Source: Candidatus Harrisonbacteria bacterium
GTDB lineage: Bacteria; Patescibacteriota; Minisyncoccia; UBA6257; 1-14-0-10-44-23
Reading direction: 5' to 3'
Length of the DNA stretch: 64,000 nt
Assembly: GCA_023255625.1 (NCBI GenBank)
Contig: JAHFLF010000001.1
Span: 185,766-249,765, forward strand
Positions 1-8,782 of this stretch are shown in pieces. The notes below the pieces were generated by a model, which saw only the letters and a list, made by a program, of their open reading frames with translations, did no database searches and was not told the origin of the DNA. A program made the position numbers and the translations under genes. Each line of letters begins with the position of its first letter. Within the stretch, counting starts at the first letter, position 1.

Positions 1-224
1 TTTTTGCTTTTGTGCCATTTGAAATAAGTTTTCTGGAGTCCTTCGTTCCACGCATCATAAGCTTTGAGATCGCGAAATCCTCGCGTGGGTATCGGGCAGC
101 CAAACTGCTCGAACCACCCCTTGAATGCTTTGATCCGTTCCTGAAACTTTTTATCCAGCAATATTTTTTGGACCTTGTAGTAGTTCGCGTCGTAAACAGG
201 ATCTACTTCCCCACGTGATGTCAT
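1..224 (-). CDS. hypothetical protein, runs off the left edge
   Basis: ATG at 224-222, open to the window edge: MTSRGEVDPVYDANYYKVQKILLDKKFQERIKAF...; not in the ORF track because it is truncated. Confidence 0.55.
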   Translation of the reverse strand, partial: MTSRGEVDPVYDANYYKVQKILLDKKFQERIKAFKGWFEQFGCPIPTRGFRDLKAYDAWNEGLQKTYFKWHKSK

Positions 225-342
225 GGCTGTATTCTAGGCCTCCAGGTGAAGACGCGCAAGTTGTAGGTAATCTTTTTTGAAGGTATCATATACGCAACAA
301 CTTAATAGCAGTGTGACCTAACCTCTCCGAGCAATCGGGCAG

Positions 343-464
343 CATGGTCTTAAGCCCTCAACAGTAAAAAGCTCCTAGTCAGAGCGCTGTTGAGGCCATA
401 TCGGGAAACTGGTATGGGTGCCGCAAGGCATCGCTGGCTGGGGGCTTTTTGTTCGTCAGCCAGC
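343..464 (+). promoter_or_regulatory. structured leader / candidate cis-regulatory RNA
   Basis: Two GNRA-capped hairpins (396-417 GAAA, 417-432 GCAA) plus competing helices 356-365/386-395, 366-382/434-450 and 433-441/456-464. Confidence 0.45.
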
Positions 465-485
465 ATAACGATTAAAAATATCATT

Positions 486-1205
486 ATGTTTGCACTCGTT
501 CTGATTTTGCTTTTCGTGGTGATCTGTTTGTTGGCAGCGGGCATTATGCGTCCCACCTCGCTGAACTGGGCGTTTAGGGGCAACAGTAGCCGAAAGAAGG
601 TGTTTTCTGTGTTCGGTCTGGGCGCAATAGTTCTGTTTATCATTTTGACCGTGATAACGCCGGGCAGTCAGGATAGCGCCGTCAGTGTCAGTTCGGCTCC
701 GGTTGCTTCGACACCTAGCAGCCCGGTTAGTCAGCCGGTCGCGCAAACTGATCAGCAGAAGCTGGAGGCCGTCGCGCGAGCTGCGTTGAGTGATAACGGC
801 GCCTTACAGGTTTCGTTCAAAGAGGCGGTTATTGAGAAGGACGACCCGATCCGGCCGAAGGGTTCAAGGTTTGTGACCGTTGATCTTAATACTGGTGATT
901 TTTTTAACAAGGACGAGTTCGTGCAAGATAGCAGCAAAGTTTCCTCTGCTATTTTCCAGAATGCCTTTCCGGTCAACGGCAGCTTCTATGATGTGCTGGT
1001 CCGCTATTTTGGTGCCACTAAAGATGCTTACGGCAACACCAAAGATGATCTCATCATGTCTTACACCATCGACCGGCCGACGGCCGCAAAAATCAACTGG
1101 CAAGGGTTTGATCGAGAGAGCCTGTGCTCGTTCCTAAAACAGGAAAGCTCCGCGCAAGGCGGCAATGCTTATGTTGGCTGCAACATGCTGGTGAATATTC
1201 AGTAA
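486..1205 (+). CDS. membrane-anchored hypothetical protein
   Basis: Two N-terminal hydrophobic helices, S/P-rich linker, globular C-terminal domain; start placed at ATG 486. Confidence 0.7.
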   Translation: MFALVLILLFVVICLLAAGIMRPTSLNWAFRGNSSRKKVFSVFGLGAIVLFIILTVITPGSQDSAVSVSSAPVASTPSSPVSQPVAQTDQQKLEAVARAALSDNGALQVSFKEAVIEKDDPIRPKGSRFVTVDLNTGDFFNKDEFVQDSSKVSSAIFQNAFPVNGSFYDVLVRYFGATKDAYGNTKDDLIMSYTIDRPTAAKINWQGFDRESLCSFLKQESSAQGGNAYVGCNMLVNIQ

Positions 1206-1247
1206 GCAGCTTGCGGTCTTTATAAGCTGAGTGGTAGTCTAGGTGGC

Positions 1248-1736
1248 ATGGATAACCCTATTAGGATAGAAACGCTTGAGAAGGTATTAGATCGTCAAAT
1301 TGCGTGGATTGAGTCCGCAAATACCCGCACCGCTACTGCGATCACTCTTGCAACTGCGATGCTTGGCGTTCTTGCAGCTCTTAGTCCGGCAAAGGGGCTA
1401 CCATGGACGTGGCTACAGTGTCTTTTTGTAGGTCTTTCAGTTTTGAGCCTACTCCTCTGCTTGCTGATGTGCGTACTCGCCGTGTTCCCGCGCACCAAGG
1501 GGCCGGAAGACTCAATGATTTTTTTCGGACCGATTGCTAGGCGTGATCGCAAAGACTTTATTGCGGCAGCTAAAACGCTTACTGCTGAGGAGTATTCGCT
1601 CGATCTTGCAGCACAGGTCCACATAAATGCTCAGATCGCAAAAACAAAGTTTCGTTGGGTGCATTGGGCGATGCGAGCCTTCTTTGTCAGTATTTTGCCG
1701 TGGGTAGTGGCGGTTTACTTCTTTTATCAGGGTTGA
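1248..1736 (+). CDS. pycTM: Pycsar transmembrane effector (PycTM/DUF5706-like)
   Basis: WI..AN.R, FPR...SMIFFG.I and DL..Q...NA.IA..KF motifs, 3 TM helices, directly upstream of the cyclase. Confidence 0.85.
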   Translation: MDNPIRIETLEKVLDRQIAWIESANTRTATAITLATAMLGVLAALSPAKGLPWTWLQCLFVGLSVLSLLLCLLMCVLAVFPRTKGPEDSMIFFGPIARRDRKDFIAAAKTLTAEEYSLDLAAQVHINAQIAKTKFRWVHWAMRAFFVSILPWVVAVYFFYQG

Positions 1737-1741
1737 TTTTT

Positions 1742-2437
1742 ATGAGCTTAGCTGATGACCTACGCAAAGAAGTCAGGGATATCTTTCAGGCTCGGTGGTA
1801 TGAACGAGAGGGCAGAGATGTTCCAGATACGGAAAATATCACCCTCAGCAATGAGGCCGTAACTTTAGACGGCACCGTCCTATACGCCGATCTTGTTGCG
1901 TCAACTACGCTCGTCAATTCACGAAGTTCTAAGTTTGCGGCGGAGATTTACAAAGCTTTTTTATATTGCGCAGCGAAAGTCATCCGAGAGAGCGATGGTG
2001 AGATTACGGCCTACGATGGAGACCGTATTATGGCCGTGTTTATGGGCGGCTATAAAAATACCAATGCGGCAAAGGCAGCTCTCCGGATTAACTGGTGCAT
2101 GGATGAACTAGTTAACCCTTTGATGAGAGACCAGTATCCCGATAAGGCTACGGACTCGTATCGAGCAGTTGTCGGTATCGATACTGGCAAGCTGTTTGTC
2201 GCGAAGACAGGCATCCGCGGTTCGAATGACTTGGTTTGGGTCGGTCGCGCGGCAAACTATGCGGCAAAACTTTGCGATCGTCGTCTTGCCAATTACAACA
2301 CATGGATTACCGCTGACGTCTATAACAAATTGGACGGAGTCGCTAAGATGACTTCTGGCGAACACATGTGGCATACAGCTACATGGGAGGTAAGCGGGCA
2401 AACTATTTATGGCTCTACTTGGCGGTGGGCCGCATAA
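1742..2437 (+). CDS. pycC: Pycsar pyrimidine cyclase, likely cUMP (clade B)
   Basis: VLYADL, AYDGDR, VVGIDT, GIRG.NDLVWVGRAANYAAKL and C-terminal STWRW; strongly resembles Burkholderia cepacia PycC as recalled from memory. Confidence 0.9.
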   Translation: MSLADDLRKEVRDIFQARWYEREGRDVPDTENITLSNEAVTLDGTVLYADLVASTTLVNSRSSKFAAEIYKAFLYCAAKVIRESDGEITAYDGDRIMAVFMGGYKNTNAAKAALRINWCMDELVNPLMRDQYPDKATDSYRAVVGIDTGKLFVAKTGIRGSNDLVWVGRAANYAAKLCDRRLANYNTWITADVYNKLDGVAKMTSGEHMWHTATWEVSGQTIYGSTWRWAA

Positions 2438-2444
2438 TGCGGGT

Positions 2445-4439
2445 TCATTTCTTAGCCTCGCTGATGGCTTTCGTAGCTTTTTCTTTCGCCGTCTTCTGTG
2501 CCTCACTATCAATTTTTCTGTATTCGGGCAGTATCCAAACGAAGAGCGGTATCAAGCATTCGGCTACACCTAAGCTTAGTACGAAATATCCCAGGTTAGG
2601 ATTGTCGGCCATGATTGTTTTGATGCCGAAATATGTAAGCGCAGCTCCGATGATCAAAACAGCTAGACCTTTTGCAAATAACCACCATCGCCTTCTACGC
2701 TTCTCTTCGCAATAAATCTGATCGATTAACACCGTCATCACAGCTGCACTATAGCCAGCCTCTTTTTTAAGATCGCCGCCCATCTCCTCAACTCGTCCCT
2801 CAAGCCTCTTCATTTCATCGTCAGCAGTCATTTTTTTGCGCTGGAAAGTCCGCCGGATCTCCAGCTGAAGCTCACTGTCATTCTTTGATTTCCCTGCCAT
2901 TCTCAGGCGACGCATTTTTGCTGCGAATTGTTGGATATCTTCGGTACTCAGTTCTTTCGCCCTTTCGTCTAGATCTAAAAGTGCATCTAAGTCCTCGAGT
3001 GTATATACGCGATCGCTCGCGTGAAGGTCCTCTCTGATGATGGTGCCAAACAATGGAATAAAGTTTTCGGGCTTGTGACCTGGTCCACCAGATGAAATCG
3101 CCAGTATTTGAACAAGGGTATCGATGCCAATCCAGGCCGGAGGTTTCGCTCCAGCCCATCGGGCCGCGAGAGTTTGCATGGGCCCGTCGGAACTTATGAT
3201 CCAAGACTTTGTCCCTCTTCCGCGCAGACACTCCAACACACTATCTAAGGCGGCGTCGTGGATGGTCGAATGCTTTGATTTTTCGTAATGTCTTTGAGCT
3301 TTCCATTCAGCTGCAATTTCAGTCTGCTTTTTTGTGTTCTTTCGTCCAGCTTCAGCAGCAATAGCGACTTCTGGATCTTCCAGCCTTACTATTTTTTCAT
3401 CTCCGATTTTATCTGGAGCATATTGTATGGAGTCAAAAAACCTCGTGAAACTTTCTTTATCTACACAACCACGTGCGAGTGCCGTTTTCAGAAATGGATC
3501 TCTCGCGTCTTCAATGACATCTAGTGAATAGTTGCCAATAGCTCTTAGTGCTTCGCCCCTCTTCCTTGCCACGACTGACTCATATTCATCTTCGGTTTCT
3601 CTTGTAACGTAAAAAGCTGCCTCGATGTGTTTGATAGAAGCTGCAAGAGCAGAAAATGCAGATGCGAGCCGGCTCTTCTCTAGTGCTGCGACGAAAAGAA
3701 CATTCGTATCAAGTAAAAGGCTGGAGCTTTTGAACTCGCTTATTGAAAGAGGGTCTGGTCCCGTTGCTGCTGTAACGAGCCGAGCGGATAGCATCGCTTG
3801 AGCAAATGACCATATCTGTTGCTCGACAGCGATATCTTCATGGTCGCGCAAAAAACTGTTGAAGCCATCGATAAGGTGTGTCTGGTCTTTTTCTAAATGA
3901 TACTCGCCGATGGACGTTGTAATGATATTTTTTATCTGCTCTGCGTCCGGTAGTTTCGCGGCCTCGCGCTTTAGACGCTTGGCCCAAACCTCACCGAACT
4001 TGCCAAAAAATGCAGTTGCAGCATTTTTAAACCACGCTCTCAATGTCGCCCGATCTATCTTCGTACCAAAATGCTTATCGAGGACGTGATCAATCCGTCG
4101 TTCAGCATTACTCAGATCTATTTTTATTCGCTCCGACTCCTCGCTCTTTAGAAACCAGAACTTCCCTTGCTTGATGACGACGCCTTTGTCTTTCAAAAAC
4201 TCTAGCCCACCTTGCACGTCTTGGGGTATGAGATTTCTAACACCAACGATACGCGCGGCTTCCGCGCTGATTTCTGTAAGCCGAGCCTTCTTCTCTGGCT
4301 GAAGGAACAAGATCTTCGTAATGATCTCAGCAAACGCACGCGTTTTTAGTGACCGCGTACCGGCATCGTAGTACAAATGTGTGGGTACTAATAACTCACG
4401 TAGCGACTCAATTTCCAATGATTTTTGCGCGTCATTCAT
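2445..4439 (-). CDS. wHTH + PIN-like domain + C-terminal 2TM protein
   Basis: 664 aa ORF with LLLDTNVL, ET.DEY, HDAA and WIISSD acidic PIN-type motifs and two C-terminal TM helices. Confidence 0.65.
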   Translation of the reverse strand: MNDAQKSLEIESLRELLVPTHLYYDAGTRSLKTRAFAEIITKILFLQPEKKARLTEISAEAARIVGVRNLIPQDVQGGLEFLKDKGVVIKQGKFWFLKSEESERIKIDLSNAERRIDHVLDKHFGTKIDRATLRAWFKNAATAFFGKFGEVWAKRLKREAAKLPDAEQIKNIITTSIGEYHLEKDQTHLIDGFNSFLRDHEDIAVEQQIWSFAQAMLSARLVTAATGPDPLSISEFKSSSLLLDTNVLFVAALEKSRLASAFSALAASIKHIEAAFYVTRETEDEYESVVARKRGEALRAIGNYSLDVIEDARDPFLKTALARGCVDKESFTRFFDSIQYAPDKIGDEKIVRLEDPEVAIAAEAGRKNTKKQTEIAAEWKAQRHYEKSKHSTIHDAALDSVLECLRGRGTKSWIISSDGPMQTLAARWAGAKPPAWIGIDTLVQILAISSGGPGHKPENFIPLFGTIIREDLHASDRVYTLEDLDALLDLDERAKELSTEDIQQFAAKMRRLRMAGKSKNDSELQLEIRRTFQRKKMTADDEMKRLEGRVEEMGGDLKKEAGYSAAVMTVLIDQIYCEEKRRRRWWLFAKGLAVLIIGAALTYFGIKTIMADNPNLGYFVLSLGVAECLIPLFVWILPEYRKIDSEAQKTAKEKATKAISEAKK

Positions 4440-4580
4440 AACTGTTTCAATAAACTAGCACTTTCCCCTAGTTTTGCATAGGATCTTTGATCGTCCGACA
4501 ATATAGCGAGCGACACTGGAGTGAAGATAGGCTCGGCTTGGTACCAAAACGCTACTTGAGCGCCGCCGCCTATTTACCCT

Positions 4581-4616
4581 AAAACAAAACTGGACGCCCG
4601 CTTTGGACGTCCAGTT
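4581..4616 (-). terminator. intrinsic terminator after rpsI
   Basis: Minus strand AACTGGACGTCC-aaagc-GGGCGTCCAGTT followed by TTGTTTT. Confidence 0.65.
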
Positions 4617-4678
4617 CGTGATTTCCCTTATGAGTACTGCATTTCTGCCGTTCAACCGGCTGGGACTGAAGCGCTCGT

Positions 4679-5137
4679 TTAGCGCTTCGCCCACTGCGGA
4701 GCACGGCGGGCTTTCTTGAGTCCGTATTTCTTGCGTTCAACATGGCGCGGATCGCGGGTCATGTGGCCGTCGCGGCGCTGGGCTTTGCGAAGTTCCGGAT
4801 CATGCGCAACCAGCGCGCGGGCAATACCATTTCTGACTGCATCTGCCTGGCCCATCATGCCACCGCCATACACATGCGCTGAAACTCCAACCGCATCCTG
4901 CATCTGTGCTGTGATGAGCGGCGCCATAACCGTTGCCTGCTGGCGAAGAGTTGGGAAATACTTTTTAAAATCCTTGCCGTTGACCGTGATACCTGAATGC
5001 TTTGGAAAAATACGCACCTGGGCTGAAGCCGTTTTACGGCCGCCGATGCCCTGCTTATAGCGACCAGTAAATCCGCCGTGCTTAGCCGGTGCTGCGTGCT
5101 CTGCCTTTACTTCTGATTTTGTTTGTTTTGTAACCAT
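4679..5137 (-). CDS. rpsI: 30S ribosomal protein S9
   Basis: GGRKTASAQVR, TRDPRHVERKKYGLKKARRAPQWAKR. Confidence 0.98.
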   Translation of the reverse strand: MVTKQTKSEVKAEHAAPAKHGGFTGRYKQGIGGRKTASAQVRIFPKHSGITVNGKDFKKYFPTLRQQATVMAPLITAQMQDAVGVSAHVYGGGMMGQADAVRNGIARALVAHDPELRKAQRRDGHMTRDPRHVERKKYGLKKARRAPQWAKR

Positions 5138-5146
5138 GGTATTCGT

Positions 5147-5247
5147 TAATTTTCAATTTCTAATTTTCAATTTTCAAACAATGATTTAATTTCTAAATTG
5201 ATACATTGGAAATTGTTTAGAAATTAGAAATTGAGAATTGAAAATTA
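5147..5247. repeat. family A inverted heptamer-repeat element (AATTTTC...GAAAATT)
   Basis: Imperfect palindrome with AAACAAT/ATTGTTT core; copies at 23912 and 62656. Confidence 0.85.
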
Positions 5248-5607
5248 CCTCTCTATCTTAAGTCTATTCATCCTCACCTGCCGCAGTTTATTCTTCGGCA
5301 GCATGTTAAACACGGCATACTCAACAATGCGCTCCGGGGTGCGCTTACGCATCTCCTCTACCGGCTTTTCGCGCAAGTGGCCCTGGTAACTGGTGTGATG
5401 ATAATACATCTTATCTGTCTCTTTTTTACCGGAAAACTTTACCTTTGCCGCATTCTTCACAATCACGCGATTGCCGCCAGCAAGGCGCGGCTCATACGCG
5501 GCCGAGGTCTTGCCCTGCAGAATGGCAGAAATCTTCGTGGCTAAGCGGCCAACGATTTGGCCCTCTGCATCAATCACAAATTCTTTTATCTTTTCTTTTG
5601 TTTCCAT
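5245..5607 (-). CDS. rplM: 50S ribosomal protein L13
   Basis: IDAEGQIVGRLAT, YYHHTSYQG, MLPKNKL. Confidence 0.97.
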   Translation of the reverse strand: METKEKIKEFVIDAEGQIVGRLATKISAILQGKTSAAYEPRLAGGNRVIVKNAAKVKFSGKKETDKMYYHHTSYQGHLREKPVEEMRKRTPERIVEYAVFNMLPKNKLRQVRMNRLKIER

Positions 5608-5611
5608 ATTT

Positions 5612-5655
5612 CTATTCGCGATATTACTCTTCAATTCGCGTTATTAGCGATTACT
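5612..5655. repeat. family D repeat half-element (ATTCGC/ATTAGC periodic)
   Basis: ctattcgcgatattactcttcaattcgcgttattagcgattact resembles 61793-61832 and 51884-51922. Confidence 0.7.
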
Positions 5656-5997
5656 CTATACGAATTCAATCGTCGCCATCTTAGTTCCATCGCGCATCCG
5701 CTGAACAGCATGCTTACTAATCCGCAGATAACCGCCGGTGCGATCCTTATACTTCGGTGCAATCTCATAAAAAAGTTTTTCAGCCGCCCCCTTCGGCAGA
5801 TTTGCCAGAAGCATACGCAGCTTGGCAACCTGGCCCGTTTTTGCATAACTAATATAGCGTTCAACCAAAGGCCGAATGTCTTTTGCCCGCGCCTCGGTTG
5901 TAACCATCTGCCCGTACATAATCAAACTGGTCGCAAGTTGTTTGCGAAAAGCTCGACGGCGTCCGGTGGTTCTGGCAAATTTTCTTTGGGAAACCAT
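5656..5997 (-). CDS. rplQ: 50S ribosomal protein L17
   Basis: TTEARAK, DRTGGYLRI, RDGTKMATIEFV. Confidence 0.97.
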   Translation of the reverse strand: MVSQRKFARTTGRRRAFRKQLATSLIMYGQMVTTEARAKDIRPLVERYISYAKTGQVAKLRMLLANLPKGAAEKLFYEIAPKYKDRTGGYLRISKHAVQRMRDGTKMATIEFV

Positions 5998-6002
5998 AAA
6001 TT

Positions 6003-6068
6003 CAGTTAGTCAGTTAGTTGGTTAGTCAGTTAGTTGGCGGGATGATTTTCGGTTTTAGCTGACTAACT
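6003..6068. repeat. family B tetramer-based inverted repeat (GTTA/GTTG...TAAC)
   Basis: cagttagtcagttagttggttagtcagttagttgg ... agctgactaact. Confidence 0.75.
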
Positions 6069-6071
6069 TTT

Positions 6072-6872
6072 TTACTCTTTCTTTTTGCTTTTCTTCTTCG
6101 GCTTTTTCTCAACCTCCGCTTCACTCTCACCTACGGCTGGAGCGGACTCGATTGCGGCTGCGCCACCAAGCTGATCAAAGGCCTTTGTAAAGTGTTCGGC
6201 AAGAATTGCCAGCGCCTGACGCAAAGCCATAGACGGAGACATGCCGCCGTCGGTCTCAATCACCAAACGGGCGCGGTTAAAGTCTGTCTGATCACCCACG
6301 CGCATATTCTCGGTGGTCATCGTAACCTTAGTCACCGGAGAAAATAAAGCATCAATCTGTATAACGCCGACGGCCACTGATCCGCCCTGCTTGACCGTTT
6401 CAACCGGAACATAACCAAAACCCTTTTCGATGGTCAGCTCGATTTCAAGCTCAACGCCTTTTTTGGTAATCGTCGCAATTTTTTGTTCTTTATTCACAAC
6501 AGAAACCCGGCCGCTCTCACTGATATCAGCCGCCGTAACCTCTCCCTCACCCTTTGCTTTAAGAGTTAGCGTTTCTGGCTCAGTGAAACCGGAATCACCC
6601 GGAAACTGGAAGCGCACATTCTTTAGATTCAACATAATCTCGACTACATCCTCCATAACTCCTTCGATAGTCGAAAACTCGTGCAAAACTCCCTTGATCT
6701 TCATCTGTGTTATAGCGGCTCCGGGCAAGGAAGAAAGCAGCACGCGACGCAGCGCATTGCCTATGGTCAAACCATAACCGCGATATAAACCGTCAATATC
6801 AAAAACCCCAACTTTCTCGTTTTCCGAAACCGTCACCACCTTCAAATTTTCTGCTAATGAAATTTTATCCAT
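6072..6872 (-). CDS. rpoA: RNA polymerase alpha subunit, lacking the alpha-CTD
   Basis: GYGLTIGNALRRVLLSSLPG, HEFSTIEGVMEDV, IDALFSPV; ends about 30 aa after the NTD. Confidence 0.96.
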   Translation of the reverse strand: MDKISLAENLKVVTVSENEKVGVFDIDGLYRGYGLTIGNALRRVLLSSLPGAAITQMKIKGVLHEFSTIEGVMEDVVEIMLNLKNVRFQFPGDSGFTEPETLTLKAKGEGEVTAADISESGRVSVVNKEQKIATITKKGVELEIELTIEKGFGYVPVETVKQGGSVAVGVIQIDALFSPVTKVTMTTENMRVGDQTDFNRARLVIETDGGMSPSMALRQALAILAEHFTKAFDQLGGAAAIESAPAVGESEAEVEKKPKKKSKKKE

Positions 6873-6885
6873 GAGTATATAATTA

Positions 6886-7509
6886 CTATTTGACAATCTT
6901 TGAATAATAATCTACTACCAAGGAAATGTCAAAACCGGCATCAAGATCCTTCGGTAACATTTTCACTGTACCCTGCAAAGTTTGCGGATTAATCGTCAGC
7001 CAATTCGGCTGCTGAAGTTTAGCAAACCGCTCGGCAACATCCTTGAAAATCTGGAGATCTTTTGACTGCGGCCGGATCGTAACCGTGTCCCCTACTTTTA
7101 TGAGCATGGAGGGGGCAGATCCGCGGCGGCCATTCACGAAGATATGACCATGGCCAACTGCTTGGCGGGCGACGGAACGAGAAGGAGCAAAACCCATCCG
7201 GAAAACAACATTGTCCAGACGCCGCTCGAGCAAAGAAAGCATTTCCTGACCAGTCGGCAGCTTACTCTTATTGGCCTTGGCAAAGGTATTGCGCAGCTGT
7301 TTCTCGCGCAGACCATAGGTATATTTTATCTTCTGCTTCTCGGTCAGCTGCTTGCCAAATTCTGAACCGGCGCGGCGGCGTGAAGCCCCGTGCTGACCTG
7401 GTCGATTTGGCCGGCGGGTAATTGCAGATTTACCGGTCGCGCTACGGAACGGCTTTAAAAACAGGGGCATTCCGAGACGGCGTTCTTTTCTGGCTCTGGT
7501 ATCAAACAT
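6886..7509 (-). CDS. rpsD: 30S ribosomal protein S4
   Basis: PGQHG, QLTEKQK, LERRLDNVVFRMGFA. Confidence 0.98.
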   Translation of the reverse strand: MFDTRARKERRLGMPLFLKPFRSATGKSAITRRPNRPGQHGASRRRAGSEFGKQLTEKQKIKYTYGLREKQLRNTFAKANKSKLPTGQEMLSLLERRLDNVVFRMGFAPSRSVARQAVGHGHIFVNGRRGSAPSMLIKVGDTVTIRPQSKDLQIFKDVAERFAKLQQPNWLTINPQTLQGTVKMLPKDLDAGFDISLVVDYYSKIVK

Positions 7510-7515
7510 GGAATT

Positions 7516-7612
7516 AGTTACAAGTTTTAAAGTTTATCAAGTTGTAAAGTTGGGGAATGCGTCATCTTGTTTTCCTTGATGAACTTGAAAAACTTGATGA
7601 ACTTTATGAACT
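7516..7612. repeat. family C nonamer inverted repeat (AAGTTTATC...GATGAACTT)
   Basis: Near-identical arms at 8073 and 20669. Confidence 0.85.
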
Positions 7613-7613
7613 C

Positions 7614-8066
7614 TTAAATTCTCCGGACTTTCCTCGGTTTAGGACCGTTATGCGGAATCGGAGTTACATCGTGGATAGATAATACATCAAACCCCTGATT
7701 CACAAAGGAGCGGACGCTGGAATCCCGACCGCCGCCGATGCCATTTAAGAAGATGCTAACTTTTTGCAGTCCGGCCTTGCGCAGCTTTTCAGTCAAAGCC
7801 GAGACAACCTTACTGGCAGCGAACGGAGTTGCTTTTTTTGGCCCGCGAAAACCCAGACTGCCGGCGGTGCTCCAGGCCACCAAATTTCCCTTCTCATCAG
7901 TAACTGAAATAATTGTGTTGTTGTAGCTGGCCTTAACATAGACATTACCCCGATCAAATTTCTTGGTAACGGATTTTGCCGAGGTTGCCGCAACAGCACC
8001 CTCGATGGCGCTGGCCTGCCCTATTGCCTCTGCGTCAGTTTGTGTGCCGACTTTTTTCTTACCCAT
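7614..8066 (-). CDS. rpsK: 30S ribosomal protein S11
   Basis: ASYNNTIIS, GFRGPKKATPFAA, DVTPIPHNG. Confidence 0.98.
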   Translation of the reverse strand: MGKKKVGTQTDAEAIGQASAIEGAVAATSAKSVTKKFDRGNVYVKASYNNTIISVTDEKGNLVAWSTAGSLGFRGPKKATPFAASKVVSALTEKLRKAGLQKVSIFLNGIGGGRDSSVRSFVNQGFDVLSIHDVTPIPHNGPKPRKVRRI

Positions 8067-8072
8067 GGGTTT

Positions 8073-8167
8073 AGTTACAAGTTCTTCAAGTTTATCAAGT
8101 TATAAAGTTGGAACGATTTCATCCGGTTTTTCATTTGCTTGATGAACTTGAAAAACTTGATGAACTT
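8073..8167. repeat. family C element
   Basis: agttacaagttcttcaagtttatcaagtt ... cttgatgaacttgaaaaacttgatgaact. Confidence 0.85.
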
Positions 8168-8171
8168 TTTA

Positions 8172-8555
8172 CTACTTCAGGTCTACCTTTCGTTTACCGC
8201 TACCAGCCGTTTTACGAGTATTGCCCCGCACCGTACGCGAGTTGGTTTTGGTGCGCTGACCGTGAACCGGCAAACGGCGAGCGTGACGGCTGCCTCGGTA
8301 CGAGCCCATTTCTTTGAGCATAGCTATATTTTGTCGAACCACACTGCGCAGCTCTCCTTCAATCTTGAATTTCTTTTCAATATAATCCTTGATTTGGTTA
8401 ACTTCAGATGCATCTAAATCTTTGGCCTTCTTGCCAACCGGGATGCCAACCTGCTTGATAATCTCAATTGCCCGAGCCGGCCCAACGCCGTAAATATAGC
8501 GAAGAGCAACTTCGATTCGTTTATTGTCTGGAATTGTGATACCGGCGATACGCAT
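8172..8555 (-). CDS. rpsM: 30S ribosomal protein S13
   Basis: MRIAGITIP, YRGSRH, LPVHGQRTKTNSRT. Confidence 0.98.
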   Translation of the reverse strand: MRIAGITIPDNKRIEVALRYIYGVGPARAIEIIKQVGIPVGKKAKDLDASEVNQIKDYIEKKFKIEGELRSVVRQNIAMLKEMGSYRGSRHARRLPVHGQRTKTNSRTVRGNTRKTAGSGKRKVDLK

Positions 8556-8558
8556 GAT

Positions 8559-8651
8559 CAGTTGGTTAGTTACTTAGTTAGTTGGTTAGTTAGCAGATTC
8601 GGGGTTCTTGGTTTTTACAAACTAACTAGCTAACCAAGTAACCAATTAACT
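8559..8651. repeat. family B element
   Basis: gttggttagttacttagttagttggttagttag ... aactaactagctaaccaagtaaccaattaac. Confidence 0.85.
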
Positions 8652-8659
8652 TACCCGCC

Positions 8660-8773
8660 CTATCCTTGTCGTTGCTTATGCTTAGGAATACTGCAAATAA
8701 CAAAAATTCGTCCCTGCCGGCGGACGGTCTTACACTTCTGACAAACTTTTTTTACGGATGAACGAACCTTCAT
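8660..8773 (-). CDS. rpmJ: 50S ribosomal protein L36 (Zn-ribbon type)
   Basis: Hand-translated [37 protein letters not shown]; below the ORF-track cutoff. Confidence 0.97.
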   Translation of the reverse strand: MKVRSSVKKVCQKCKTVRRQGRIFVICSIPKHKQRQG

Positions 8774-8782
8774 GATGATTTA

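Noticed and set aside
1655-1741. N-terminal extension of the cyclase ORF
   Set aside because: It overlaps the effector gene; similarity to PycC begins at ATG 1742.
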